Positions 7,881 to 17,005 of a stretch of DNA of 36,518 nucleotides are shown in pieces; the first letter of the stretch is position 1, and each line of letters begins with the position of its first letter. Under the pieces are notes generated by a model. That model worked only from the letters and a program-made list of their open reading frames with translations. It did not search any database and was not told the origin of the DNA. The position numbers were made by a program, and so were the translations under genes. This DNA is from an uncultured Candidatus Peribacteria bacterium (GTDB lineage: Bacteria; Patescibacteriota; Gracilibacteria; Peribacterales; Peribacteraceae): the NCBI GenBank assembly GCA_964388495.1, contig CAYMAT010000004.1, positions 4,364 through 40,881 on the forward strand, given 5' to 3'.

Positions 7881-8561
7881 TTATCGCAAGAATGATCTCA
7901 ACAAAATTTTCATGGCTGTGCGCACGCCGCTACTGAAGGATTGGCCCTTTTTAAGCGTATATTCTGAATAAATGACCTTTGCGGGTATTTCCGCAATCCT
8001 CCACCGGTGCACGCCGGCCTCGCGCACAATCTCCGTACAGAACTCAAATCCGCGCATTTTCAGCTCAATTTCGCGCAGTGCCTTGGGCCCCAGCGCCTTG
8101 TAGCCGGACTGGCTGTCTTGCACCCACATCCCTGCTGCAAAGAGCGTCACCAGATTACCGATGGCGTTAAACACACGGCGGATGGCGGGGATTTTATTCC
8201 TCTGTCCAAAGCGGTTGGCAAAGACGATGTCCGCCGTGTCTCTTTCGATAGGTTCCAGAAGCCGCGGGATGTCAGCAGGATCATGCTGCTCGTCTGCATC
8301 AAGAGTCACAATGACCTGCGCCCCCAACCTGCGTGCTGCCTCAATGCCGGTCATGGTAGCTGCGCCCGCGCCGGAGTTCTCCACATGACGGATGACCATT
8401 GCCCCCGCCTCGCGCGCTGCGTCTCCTGTGTTATCCGTGCTGCCATCGTCCACCACCACCACTTGTTTCACGTACGGCAGCGCGGCACGCACCACGTTGC
8501 CCACGCGAGTGGCCTCGTTATAGGCGGGGATGATGGCAATGACGGAATCGCGGGGAGACAT
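7881..8561 (-). CDS. GT2 glycosyltransferase, DPM1/GtrB/ArnC-like polyprenol-phosphate sugar synthase
   Basis: VIAIIPAYNEATRVGNVV, VVVDDGSTDNTG and TLDADEQHDP. The size (226 aa) fits the short soluble or peripheral GT2 class. Confidence 0.85.
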   Translation of the reverse strand: MSPRDSVIAIIPAYNEATRVGNVVRAALPYVKQVVVVDDGSTDNTGDAAREAGAMVIRHVENSGAGAATMTGIEAARRLGAQVIVTLDADEQHDPADIPRLLEPIERDTADIVFANRFGQRNKIPAIRRVFNAIGNLVTLFAAGMWVQDSQSGYKALGPKALREIELKMRGFEFCTEIVREAGVHRWRIAEIPAKVIYSEYTLKKGQSFSSGVRTAMKILLRSFLR

Positions 8562-8579
8562 GGGGAGAGGAATGGGGCG

Positions 8580-11363
8580 TTAGGGTATCAGAATGTATCC
8601 GATGCCCGCATTGGTATCGCTAATAACCACCTGGACTCCGGAAGCGGGATTATTCACATATTGCACAAAGGCGTTGACCTTCTGGTGCAGGGAGCCGTTG
8701 GGGTCGGACTCGATCGTCGACGTGTTGGTATCAAAGACGAAGCTGTTGAACCCCAGGGCTTTGAGGCGCTTGGTGGTGAGGGCTGCATCGCGTTCCTGAT
8801 AGAGACAGTTGAAGACGTCCAGCTGGTGGTCCGTGATACCGATGACCTGCAGGTTTTTGGGGATGAAGTACGCGATGAATGTGCCGATGCGGTACAGGTA
8901 CGGGCGGTCCTTGATGGTTTCCGACCGCTCCACGGTCTGGCGGGCGATGTCGTCATAGTAGGGAATGGTGATCTCCCGCAGGGAATCGGCGGAGATCTTG
9001 CCCATGGAATACTCAAAGATGTTGCGCTGCGTCTCCAGCTGCCACAAACGGTGGCCAAACGCCGTGACCAGCGACAGTCCGATCAGTATTGCCGCGGTGA
9101 TGCGCGGTCCACGACTGGGCGCTTCCTTAACCAGCAGTTCCAGGCCAATGCAGAGTCCCAGGAACACGCTGATGCCGTACCAGGGGATGCCGTTGGCCAG
9201 CATCATCCACTCAAAGAGGATGAAGCCGGTGGAGACAAACAGCCAGCGCGCCCAGCGGCCCTTTTCCGTCCAGAAATATCCCAGGAGGAGGAGCAGGGGG
9301 AAGAGCAGGAGCGCGGGGATGGTGGTGACGTAGTAGCCTGCGGAATCAATGTTCATCACCGTGCGCCAGGGGAGGGTCACATAGTGTGACCAGCCCTTTC
9401 CATATCCCCAATAACGGTCCAATTCCTCCTTGGCGCCCGTGGGCGTGCAGGCGGGGTTGTTCTTATTGACCGCCAGTTCCGCGGGGAGCGCTTCATAAAT
9501 ATTGATGGAGGGGGTGAGTGTGTTCTTTGCAGACAGCTCAAGCTTGGGGATCACGTTTCCGTACGTGATGTTGTCGTGGATAACCCACGGCAGCACGCTG
9601 ATACTCACTCCCAGTAAAAAGGTGAGGGTCAGAATGGCATGCATTTTCCCGTGCGCGCGTGCACGGAAGGCGGCGTAGCCCAGACATGTCAGGCCGATGA
9701 GCGCACACACCCCCGCAAACACGCTGTTCAGCCACTGGGGAGCGGTATCGCCGTAAATGCGCTGCGCCAGATCGGAGATGGAAACGAGATTCTTGTAGCC
9801 GAAGACCGCGAATGCCAGTGCGAAAATTCCTGCAAAAGCCTCCCACCCCGCCAAGGCGCCTATCACCACCCCCAGCAGCGGGAAGAGCATCATGACCGCG
9901 GTGATTTTCACGGCCAGGGCCATGCCGGCGAAAATGCCGCCGGTCAAAAGCAGCATCTTCCGTTCGTGCTGGTGTAGCGGCTCCTCGTGCCTTCCAAAGA
10001 AACACAGGAAAACCGCCAGTGTGGCCATGGTTCCAAAGAAGAAGACCGCGTTATCGATCTTCATGTCCGCAAAAGAGAAATGCCCCACGAGCGGCAGGGA
10101 GTAATAGAGGAGTGCGGAAAGAACGCCCTCACGCTCGCCCAGGAACGTTTTGGCCATCGCCCAGATTCCCGCAACGGCCATGAGCCCCGCTGTCCAGTTG
10201 ACCATCATGGCGGCGGTGGAGCCAAACGCGGAGTCGTAACCGAAGAGCAGAAAGCCCAGGGACGTGAGATACCCCCAGTCAAACGGTGACATGGTGGGAA
10301 TGAAAAATCCGTAGCTCACCAGCAGGCGCGGGCGGTTGAGGTAGCTTCCCAGGTCATCCCATCCTATGGGGAAGGGGCGGACCACTTCCAAAAAATTGAG
10401 CGCGATGTAGGTGATGAGCAGCCAGCTCAGCAGCAGCCGCATGTCGTACCAGGGTCGTTCGTCCTCCCATTCGTGCGTCAGGAGAGTCTTCAGCCAGTAC
10501 AGCGTCTGCGTGTAGCCGCCCGCCAAAATCGCCGCCATGATCACCCAGCCGACCGCGGTGGTGTAGACATGCGCCACAGCCGCCAGCCACAGAACGGCGA
10601 TGAGCGCGCCCGCTCCCATGGCTCCGCTGAAAACGGTTTCCAGGAGCAGCGTGCGGGGGCGCCATTTGAGGAGCGTTAATATGCCCCGTCCCAGCACCAG
10701 GAATTCCAGGATAAGCAGCAGCACAAAGAGCATCTGCGGCACCACGCGCGCAAAGAACGCCTTCTGCACGCAGAATTCGGAGAAGGTGTAGACCCTGGCC
10801 CCGCTCTCATATTGCTGGTCCGTGGGGTTCAGGCATCCCTGCGACTGCAGGCTGCCAAATTCCTCCTGCAGCGTGGAGAGCGCCTGTGCGCTGATGGTGG
10901 GGTACGTGTCCTTGGTGGGTTCCGGATACATGCGGACAGAGCGTCCGTCCACGGTGCCCAGGCTGAAGCACAGGTTGATGAGCCAGACGGAGGCGATCAT
11001 GAGACCCAGCACTTTCCAGGGTTTCCAGGTAAAGGAAATGATCGCGCTTCCGTTGCGGGACCCCCGCCACAGAACATATCCGGCGTAGGCCAGGGCAAAA
11101 ATAATCGCGTAGCCCAGAAACGGCGCCGCGCGTTCCAGTGTGTAGAAAACGACGGGGAGCAAAGCCTGTATCCCCCGCTGCAGGTAGCACAGGTTGGCGC
11201 CGGGAGCACACTCCGCCGGCGTGATGTTGGCGTAGAGCTGGTCGCTCAGAAGGGCGCTGCCGTGTACGGGCACCCCCATGTACACCAGTGCGGAATATCC
11301 TCCCCACAGGACGAGAAGGATAAAGAGGCCGAGCCCCAGATTTTTGCGGGTGTTGTCAGTCAT
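8580..11363 (-). CDS. Large polytopic membrane protein, putative GT-C fold glycosyltransferase (ArnT/PMT-like) with a C-terminal extracytoplasmic domain
   Basis: 927 aa with more than 15 hydrophobic segments. An internal acidic/aromatic loop motif (PIGWDDLGSYLNRPRLL) is reminiscent of GT-C loop motifs. It lies immediately upstream of a GT2 in the same operon. Confidence 0.6.
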   Translation of the reverse strand: MTDNTRKNLGLGLFILLVLWGGYSALVYMGVPVHGSALLSDQLYANITPAECAPGANLCYLQRGIQALLPVVFYTLERAAPFLGYAIIFALAYAGYVLWRGSRNGSAIISFTWKPWKVLGLMIASVWLINLCFSLGTVDGRSVRMYPEPTKDTYPTISAQALSTLQEEFGSLQSQGCLNPTDQQYESGARVYTFSEFCVQKAFFARVVPQMLFVLLLILEFLVLGRGILTLLKWRPRTLLLETVFSGAMGAGALIAVLWLAAVAHVYTTAVGWVIMAAILAGGYTQTLYWLKTLLTHEWEDERPWYDMRLLLSWLLITYIALNFLEVVRPFPIGWDDLGSYLNRPRLLVSYGFFIPTMSPFDWGYLTSLGFLLFGYDSAFGSTAAMMVNWTAGLMAVAGIWAMAKTFLGEREGVLSALLYYSLPLVGHFSFADMKIDNAVFFFGTMATLAVFLCFFGRHEEPLHQHERKMLLLTGGIFAGMALAVKITAVMMLFPLLGVVIGALAGWEAFAGIFALAFAVFGYKNLVSISDLAQRIYGDTAPQWLNSVFAGVCALIGLTCLGYAAFRARAHGKMHAILTLTFLLGVSISVLPWVIHDNITYGNVIPKLELSAKNTLTPSINIYEALPAELAVNKNNPACTPTGAKEELDRYWGYGKGWSHYVTLPWRTVMNIDSAGYYVTTIPALLLFPLLLLLGYFWTEKGRWARWLFVSTGFILFEWMMLANGIPWYGISVFLGLCIGLELLVKEAPSRGPRITAAILIGLSLVTAFGHRLWQLETQRNIFEYSMGKISADSLREITIPYYDDIARQTVERSETIKDRPYLYRIGTFIAYFIPKNLQVIGITDHQLDVFNCLYQERDAALTTKRLKALGFNSFVFDTNTSTIESDPNGSLHQKVNAFVQYVNNPASGVQVVISDTNAGIGYILIP

Positions 11364-11418
11364 CCCGGGGATTCTAGCGCCTGCGGAGCGGGCAAAGAAG
11401 GGCTATACTGCTTTCTCC

Positions 11419-12642
11419 ATGGCCTTTCACTCCGCTTCCATCCGCGGGCAATTCCCCATCCTGGATCGAAAGGTCACAGACCAGCCGCTTACCTACCTGG
11501 ACTGGGCCGCTACGGGGCAAATGCCGGAGCCTGTTCTGGAGGCAATGGATCGATTCGGCAGGCAATCGCGCGGTAACGTGCACCGGGGTATGCACGTGCT
11601 GGCGGAGGAATCCACCGTGGCCTATGAAAACGCGCGCACGACGGTCCAAAAATTCCTGAATGCCGCGCGTCCCGAGGAAATCGTCTTCACCAAGAGCTGT
11701 ACGGAGGCCATCAATCTTGTGGCCCGTGGCATCGATTGTAAAAAAGGCGATGCCATCGTCGTCACGGAGCTGGAGCACCACAGCAATATCGTTCCGTGGC
11801 TGCAATTGCGGGAGAGGAAGGGGGTCGAGGTTCTCTGGGTCGACTGTGACGAGCGGGGAACGCTCAATCTGGACCAGTTGAGGGGTTATCTCCGGCAAGG
11901 GAATGTCAAACTCGTGAGCGTCACGGCGCAGAGTAATGTGCTGGGTGTGTGTCCGCCTCTCGCGGAGATCATCACAATGTCGCACCAAGAAGGTGCGCTG
12001 GTGCTGATTGACGCCGCGCAGTCCATCGCACACCACAAGACCGATGTGCAGGCGCTCGACTGCGATTTCCTCGCATTCTCCGGTCACAAACTCTACGGGC
12101 CCACGGGGATTGGGGTTCTCTATGGCAAAAAGAAAATGCTGCAATCGATGTCTGCATTTTTGGGAGGAGGCATGATGATCCGTGAAGTGACCAAAGAAGG
12201 TTTCAGCGCGGCCGATCTCCCGCAGAAATTCGAGGCCGGCACGCCACCTGTCACGGAAGCCGTGGGCCTTGCGGCGGCAATCGATTGGATCTCGCAGTTC
12301 GATTGGAAAGACATCGAAGCGCACGAACAGGCACTCATCGCTGACGCGCTCAAGGCTCTCCAGTCCATTCCCGGCATCACCGTACTGGGCCCGGCAGCGG
12401 CCGATCAGATCTCGGGTTGCATCAGCTTCATCGTGGACGGAGTACACCCGCATGACCTTACGGAAATCTTGGGCCGTCAGGGTATCTGCCTCCGTGCGGG
12501 CCACCACTGTGCGCAGGTGTTGCACAAAAGACTCGGCGTGGGTTCTTCCACGCGGTTGTCGGTGGGATTGCCAACGACAAAAGAGGAAATAGGGCGTTTG
12601 GTAGAGGAATTGCCTAGGGCAATTGCGCTTTTATACGCATGA
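11419..12642 (+). CDS. sufS: Cysteine desulfurase, SufS/CsdA type (class V aminotransferase)
   Basis: 407 aa from ATG 11419. Motifs: IRGQFPIL, YLDWAATGQ, HHSNIVPW, SGHKLYGPTGIGVLYGKK (PLP Lys) and RAGHHCAQ (the group II active-site Cys loop). Confidence 0.9.
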   Translation: MAFHSASIRGQFPILDRKVTDQPLTYLDWAATGQMPEPVLEAMDRFGRQSRGNVHRGMHVLAEESTVAYENARTTVQKFLNAARPEEIVFTKSCTEAINLVARGIDCKKGDAIVVTELEHHSNIVPWLQLRERKGVEVLWVDCDERGTLNLDQLRGYLRQGNVKLVSVTAQSNVLGVCPPLAEIITMSHQEGALVLIDAAQSIAHHKTDVQALDCDFLAFSGHKLYGPTGIGVLYGKKKMLQSMSAFLGGGMMIREVTKEGFSAADLPQKFEAGTPPVTEAVGLAAAIDWISQFDWKDIEAHEQALIADALKALQSIPGITVLGPAAADQISGCISFIVDGVHPHDLTEILGRQGICLRAGHHCAQVLHKRLGVGSSTRLSVGLPTTKEEIGRLVEELPRAIALLYA

Positions 12643-12644
12643 AT

Positions 12645-13100
12645 TCATGAGAGGATCTCATCGATCTTCTCCATGAATTTGTTATTCAGATTTTGAATTT
12701 CTTGAAGCGCCGTCTGATCCATGACGTTGGCCACATGTGCCGGGAGATCTTCTATTGCCTGGAGCGGCGCACGCATTTCGCGTGCGTCAGCCTGCGTTAG
12801 ATTGTGCAGTTTTCTGGCGCTGATGCGCATCAGCTTTGCTGCGGTAGCAAATCTCTTGAGGGCAAAAAAATCCTGTTCGAGCTTGAGGATTCTGCTACTG
12901 GGAGGTTCAAGTTTTTTGAGCGCAGCAATCTGCGCATCGCACTCTTGCTCTACAAGCTTGTAGTTACCGGAGTGGATATAATCGGCGGCAGTCTTCAATT
13001 TTTGCTCAATTCCATCCACCACCTCATGAGGGACAATGAGTGCTGTTATGGGCTCTTCGCTTTCGGGCACGTTGTTGTCGCCGGTCTGTATCGTATCCAT
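12645..13100 (-). CDS. Hypothetical all-helical protein (151 aa) lying antisense between sufS and sufU
   Basis: Intact ORF. A perfect TATAAT (13107-13112, minus strand) sits 6 nt upstream of ATG 13100, so I prefer that start over the tracked 13121, whose first codons actually contain the TATAAT. No family recognised. Confidence 0.5.
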   Translation of the reverse strand: MDTIQTGDNNVPESEEPITALIVPHEVVDGIEQKLKTAADYIHSGNYKLVEQECDAQIAALKKLEPPSSRILKLEQDFFALKRFATAAKLMRISARKLHNLTQADAREMRAPLQAIEDLPAHVANVMDQTALQEIQNLNNKFMEKIDEILS

Positions 13101-13154
13101 AAAAGTATTATATAATAACATATAAATAAAGCAAGTGCTGCTATACTGGCATCA

Positions 13155-13559
13155 ATGGACCTCTACGCCGAGCAAATTCTTGAGCATTACCGCAATCCGC
13201 AGCATACCGGGCTTTTGCAGAAGCCTTCTGTCACGCATGAGGAAGTGAATCTCAGCTGCGGGGATTCCGTCACGCTGTCGCTCCACATTAAAGACGGCGT
13301 TATCCAGGGTATTGGATGGGTGGGAACCGGTTGCGCAATCAGTCAGGCTGCTATGTCCATGCTGTCAGAGACGCTCGCAGGCATGCAGACGGAAAAGGCC
13401 GCACAGTTAACTCCGGCGGATATCCACGCATTGCTTGGGGTTCCCGTGGGCCCGCGCCGTACCAAATGCGCACTTCTTGGGCTGCACACGCTCAAGAATG
13501 CCCTTCATTCCCTGGCAGGCACGCCCTCTCAGGACTGGAGTGAGACCGTTACGGGTTAG
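13155..13559 (+). CDS. sufU: SufU-type Fe-S cluster scaffold / sulfur-transfer protein (NifU N-terminal family)
   Basis: Motifs: HYRNPQHTG, NLSCGDS, GTGCAISQAAMSM and RRTKCALL. Lys rather than His precedes the third Cys, which favours SufU over IscU. Confidence 0.85.
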   Translation: MDLYAEQILEHYRNPQHTGLLQKPSVTHEEVNLSCGDSVTLSLHIKDGVIQGIGWVGTGCAISQAAMSMLSETLAGMQTEKAAQLTPADIHALLGVPVGPRRTKCALLGLHTLKNALHSLAGTPSQDWSETVTG

Positions 13560-13611
13560 CTTGTGACGGGTAAAGGGGAACTGGTAGGGTGTCTCGGCTC
13601 GGAAACGATAG

Positions 13612-13686
13612 GCCGTTGTAGCTCAGTGGTAGAGCACGTCCATGGTAAGGACGGGGTCACGGGTTCAATCCCCGTCAACGGCTCCA
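13612..13686 (+). tRNA. tRNA-Thr (anticodon GGU), CCA encoded
   Basis: Hand-folded cloverleaf: acceptor GCCGTTG/CAACGGC, D arm GCTC-AGTGGTA-GAGC, anticodon arm CGTCC-ATGGTAA-GGACG, T arm ACGGG-TTCAATC-CCCGT, discriminator T, then CCA. Confidence 0.93.
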
Positions 13687-13688
13687 GC

Positions 13689-13776
13689 CTTCGCGCAGTC
13701 GAACACTGCGCTACGGCCGGCAAGCCATCTGACTTCGCGCAGTCAGGCACTGCGCTACGGCCGGCAAGCCATCTGT
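13689..13776 (+). repeat. Tandem 44-bp direct repeat (2 copies), each containing a 7-bp-stem hairpin, immediately 3' of tRNA-Thr
   Basis: Copy 1 (13689-13732) is cttcgcgcagtcgaacactgcgctacggccggcaagccatctga. Copy 2 (13733-13776) is cttcgcgcagtcaggcactgcgctacggccggcaagccatctgt. The hairpin is GCGCAGT-5 nt-ACTGCGC. The only internal differences lie in the hairpin loop (cgaac versus caggc). Confidence 0.9.
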
Positions 13777-13786
13777 ATTTTGAATT

Positions 13787-14467
13787 TTAGAGAAGTGTCG
13801 TGAAGGGGTGTATAAACAACGTCATGACAAATTCCGCTCCGGTCATGATGCCCATGATGACGGGGGAAAGGAACGAGACATTCAGGAAACGTTCGGCCAG
13901 CAAGATGGCGAAGATCAGGTACGGTCCCTGCTGGGCCAAATCCATGTAGCGCCCCAGCATGCGCGAGGGGACCACTGCCTCCACGATGCGTGAGCCGTCC
14001 AGGGGCGGGATGGGGATGCAGTTGAATGCCATCAGTGCCAGATTGATGATGAAGAAATAATTGAGGAAACGCAGGGCGAACAGCGTTGCCACCGATCCCG
14101 ACGTGGGCAGGATCCCAAAGAGCGAGATCAGCGAGTGCTCACCCGTCCAGACGGTCAGGATGATTTTGCAGGCCAAGGCCATGATGAAGTTGCTGAGCGG
14201 TCCCGCCAGTGCAGTCATGACCATGCCCAGCCTCCTGTTTTTGAAGTACAGCGGATTGACCGGCACCGGCTTGGCCCACCCAAAACCGGCGATCACAAAG
14301 AGGATGGCCCCCAGGGGATCCAGGTGGGAGAGGGGGTTGAGGGTCAGGCGCCCCATGGACTCCGGCGTGGGATCCCCCAGTTTGTGTGCCGTAAACGCAT
14401 GTGCCCACTCATGCACGCTGAGTGCTATAAGGATGCAGATGATGGCCAGGGGATCGAAGAATTGCAT
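13787..14467 (-). CDS. Site-2 protease family (peptidase M50) membrane metalloprotease
   Basis: HEWAHAF (HExxH) in the first TM segment, followed by LNPLSHLDPLG and PIPPLDGSRI motifs. The ATG 14467 start (MQFFDPL) gives 226 aa. The upstream part of the tracked ORF has no family character. Confidence 0.85.
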   Translation of the reverse strand: MQFFDPLAIICILIALSVHEWAHAFTAHKLGDPTPESMGRLTLNPLSHLDPLGAILFVIAGFGWAKPVPVNPLYFKNRRLGMVMTALAGPLSNFIMALACKIILTVWTGEHSLISLFGILPTSGSVATLFALRFLNYFFIINLALMAFNCIPIPPLDGSRIVEAVVPSRMLGRYMDLAQQGPYLIFAILLAERFLNVSFLSPVIMGIMTGAEFVMTLFIHPFTTLL

Positions 14468-14530
14468 AGGACGGTCGGAATGTGGCTGTATGGTAGGCCA
14501 AAATGGGCCAAAAGAAGAAAAAATCGGCAG

Positions 14531-14559
14531 TTGACCTTCCCTTCTAACTCCTTTAGAGT
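14531..14559 (+). promoter_or_regulatory. Promoter of rpmB: TTGACC-17 nt-TAGAGT
   Basis: The -35 TTGACC is at 14531-14536 and the -10 TAGAGT at 14554-14559, 11 nt upstream of ATG 14571. The same -35 hexamer occurs at rpmH. Confidence 0.55.
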
Positions 14560-14570
14560 CCCCGTCCGTT

Positions 14571-14780
14571 ATGCCTCGCATTTGCGTCAAGACCGGCAAG
14601 AAGACTGGCTTTGGGAACACCCGCAGCCACTCGCTGCGCAACACCCGCCGCCAGTGGAAGGTGAACCTGCAGACCAAGCGCGTCTTTGATCCCCAGACCG
14701 GAACCTTCAAGAAGATGAAGGTATCCACGTCTTACCTGCGCACCCTGAGCAAGCGCCTGCGCGAGGGCCGCTCCATCTAA
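14571..14780 (+). CDS. rpmB: 50S ribosomal protein L28
   Basis: [34 protein letters not shown] matches the L28 N-terminal signature (C-x-x-TGK...GN.RSH). Confidence 0.92.
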   Translation: MPRICVKTGKKTGFGNTRSHSLRNTRRQWKVNLQTKRVFDPQTGTFKKMKVSTSYLRTLSKRLREGRSI

Positions 14781-14783
14781 ATA

Positions 14784-14815
14784 AAAAACAGGCCCGCGGA
14801 TGCAGGCCCGTTTTT
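14784..14815. terminator. Candidate bidirectional intrinsic terminator between rpmB (+) and the DUF4383-like gene (-)
   Basis: AAAAAC-A-GGCCCGC-GGAT-GCAGGCC-CGTTTTT. This is a GC-rich imperfect stem (one mismatch) flanked by an A-tract and a T-tract. Confidence 0.5.
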
Positions 14816-14827
14816 CATGATACGTTC

Positions 14828-15187
14828 TCAGTTTTTGAATGCGGCGATCAGTGCCCAGATACCCACCAGCACGTGCAAGACGTTGTCTGCGGGGTTTTCC
14901 AGGTTGGTGATGCCGTAGAAGTTGGGCGAAGGATTGCCCGCGTTCAGGAATCCCAGGAAGCCGATGACGATGCCGCCGATGCCCAGCAAAAAGACGATCC
15001 ACTTCTTGAGGTCGCCCAAGGGGAGCGGAGCCAGGACCAGGGCCACGATGCCCAAGCCCAAGTGCGTCCAGTTTTCCACCGGATCAAAGTTCAAAAAATC
15101 GCCCGCCAGATTGGGGACGAGGAAACCGACGATGGCGAGGATCACCAGGATCACGCCGGCCCATTGGAGGAACTGTTTCGGATTCAT
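14828..15187 (-). CDS. DUF4383-like small membrane protein
   Basis: 119 aa from ATG 15187, with four TM segments. It has two N-x-x-H-x-x-x-G motifs (ENWTHLGLG and DNVLHVLVG), as in DUF4383 proteins. Confidence 0.55.
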   Translation of the reverse strand: MNPKQFLQWAGVILVILAIVGFLVPNLAGDFLNFDPVENWTHLGLGIVALVLAPLPLGDLKKWIVFLLGIGGIVIGFLGFLNAGNPSPNFYGITNLENPADNVLHVLVGIWALIAAFKN

Positions 15188-15304
15188 GAAACAGGGGGAG
15201 AAAGGAAATAAGGAGTAACGATCAGGATACTCCAAGGGGATGCCCTAAAATCGGGAAAGCATTGACGTATCCGTTCTTTGGTCTGGTTCTATGTGTATGG
15301 AAGA

Positions 15305-15394
15305 TGGCGGAGAGGGAGGGATTCGAACCCTCGATAGTCTTGCGACTATACGCGCTTTCCAAGCGCGCGCACTAGGCCACTATGCGACCTCTCC
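15305..15394 (-). tRNA. tRNA-Ser (anticodon GGA), class II with a long variable arm, CCA encoded
   Basis: The minus-strand sequence is GGAGAGGTCGCATAGTGGCCTAGTGCGCGCGCTTGGAAAGCGCGTATAGTCGCAAGACTATCGAGGGTTCGAATCCCTCCCTCTCCGCCA. The anticodon arm is CGCGC-TTGGAAA-GCGCG and the T arm is GAGGG-TTCGAAT-CCCTC. Confidence 0.93.
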
Positions 15395-15435
15395 GTGCCG
15401 CCGGAGCGGAGCATAGCATATATCGCCGACGGAAA

Positions 15436-16980
15436 TCAGCCTTTCTGTTTGCACAGAACCGTTACCCCCGGGCCCAGCCTTGGGATGGCCCAAAGCGTCC
15501 ACAGAGGCGGATCCACGGGCCAGGTACCGCCATCGTCCCACAGCAGGCCTCCGCTGCGCCCGTCCGGTTGCCCTGTCTTTCCGCAGACGGACCAGTGGGG
15601 GGCGCTTTCCGCCTCCGGATTGCCGCGTGTCACCAGTACATCCGCCTGGGGCCAGTCTTTTTCTGCCAAAAACGATCGTGCACCGGGAAGATCCTGCGGG
15701 AGCGAGAGAAAATACTCCTCACGATGCCCTTCCGGCGTCCCTATGCTGGCGCGCGTGGGGGGGATGTCCAGGAAATAGGGGGGCAGCACCGTCGCCACGG
15801 TGCCAGACGTTGCTGCCAGAATCCGTGCGGTCTCCTGATAGGTGTCCGGCTGCAGAAAGAGGTATGTCAGGCGCAGGTGCAGCAGCATCACGCAGGCCAA
15901 AAGCGCGTACTGCGCAATCTTGGGTATCCGCGCAATCGTGATCCCTCCCGCAATCGCAAATAGAGGCAGGAGGGGAAGGAAAAAACGCATCTTCACATTG
16001 CTTGCCAACCCAAACAGCACCATGAACGGCACTGCATACAGCAGGAACGATAGGGTAAAGAAGCGGTGCTTCCTCCACGCTGCGGCGATTCCGAACATCG
16101 CGGCAAGCGTGACGATAGGGCTGTCACCCAGAAGTACGCTGAATAGCACCGCAAAGCCGGAGCCATCCACTGTGGGCACGGCAAATTCCTTCTGGCCAAT
16201 CGCGTTGAAATTCCATGCCCCTCCATGCAGAAGGTTGGGCAGCAGATACGTGTAACTGAAAAGAACGGGTAAGAGCACCGCGCATGCGGCGGGAATCAGG
16301 GCCCGGAAGTGCAGGCTTGCGCGTGGATGCATCCGTCCGTGTACATCGCATGCCACGGCAACGGCGGGAAATGCCAGGGCAAATACGCCCGTGGGCAGGG
16401 TGGCAAAGGCGCAGGCTGCGGCTGCCCATGCGGTGTATATCGCCCAGCGGTTACTGTTTTGCGAGAACGCGAGAGAGCGTTCCGCGGCAAGCGTAGTCCA
16501 AAACGTCACCAGCATGTGCGGGCGGATAGCCGTGGCAAACACCAGGAACAGCACACTGGAGAGCAGTAGCGTCACCGCCCAGAAGGGGTCTTTATCCGGA
16601 TGCAGCATTCTCGCCACGCGATATGTGAGCAGTAGCGTGCCCACCGTCGTTGCAAGGAAAAGAAGGCGCGTGGAGAGGTACAGTGCGCCGGGGTGCACGG
16701 AGACGTATGCGGGCACTGCCGCCAGCGACGTGACGTGTCCGGACAAAAACAGGGAGGCAATCCCCGTCGTCACAAAAATGCTCACCAGGAAAACGGGCGC
16801 AAAGGGATACACGTGTGTGGTCTGCCAGTAGGCGAAGAGCGTTCCCTTCTGCAAACTCTGCAAAAATTCCAGCGCATACCGGATCAGTTGCAGGTCGGGC
16901 TGGGGATGAACGCTTACGTTATGAAAAAGCATTGCCGTAAACGCCAGTGCACAGGTCAGGACGGGCAGCCGGCGGATCAT
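15436..16980 (-). CDS. Polytopic membrane protein, putative GT-C fold glycosyltransferase (ArnT/PMT family-like)
   Basis: About 514 aa with more than 10 TM segments. An N-terminal loop DLQLIRYALEFL follows TM1. The start is set at ATG 16980 because the tracked ATG 17043 lies inside the upstream terminator hairpin. A TATACT (16999-17004, minus strand) lies 18 nt upstream. Confidence 0.55.
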   Translation of the reverse strand: MIRRLPVLTCALAFTAMLFHNVSVHPQPDLQLIRYALEFLQSLQKGTLFAYWQTTHVYPFAPVFLVSIFVTTGIASLFLSGHVTSLAAVPAYVSVHPGALYLSTRLLFLATTVGTLLLTYRVARMLHPDKDPFWAVTLLLSSVLFLVFATAIRPHMLVTFWTTLAAERSLAFSQNSNRWAIYTAWAAAACAFATLPTGVFALAFPAVAVACDVHGRMHPRASLHFRALIPAACAVLLPVLFSYTYLLPNLLHGGAWNFNAIGQKEFAVPTVDGSGFAVLFSVLLGDSPIVTLAAMFGIAAAWRKHRFFTLSFLLYAVPFMVLFGLASNVKMRFFLPLLPLFAIAGGITIARIPKIAQYALLACVMLLHLRLTYLFLQPDTYQETARILAATSGTVATVLPPYFLDIPPTRASIGTPEGHREEYFLSLPQDLPGARSFLAEKDWPQADVLVTRGNPEAESAPHWSVCGKTGQPDGRSGGLLWDDGGTWPVDPPLWTLWAIPRLGPGVTVLCKQKG

Positions 16981-17005
16981 CCTGGGGAACACGGGGGAAG
17001 TATAC

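Noticed and set aside
13689-13776. CRISPR array.
   Set aside because: There are only two directly abutting repeat units with no spacers, and no cas genes in the window.
13563-13790. A 75-codon ORF on the plus strand spanning the tRNA-Thr region.
   Set aside because: It reads straight through a well-folded tRNA and the tandem hairpin repeat, so it is not a plausible protein gene.
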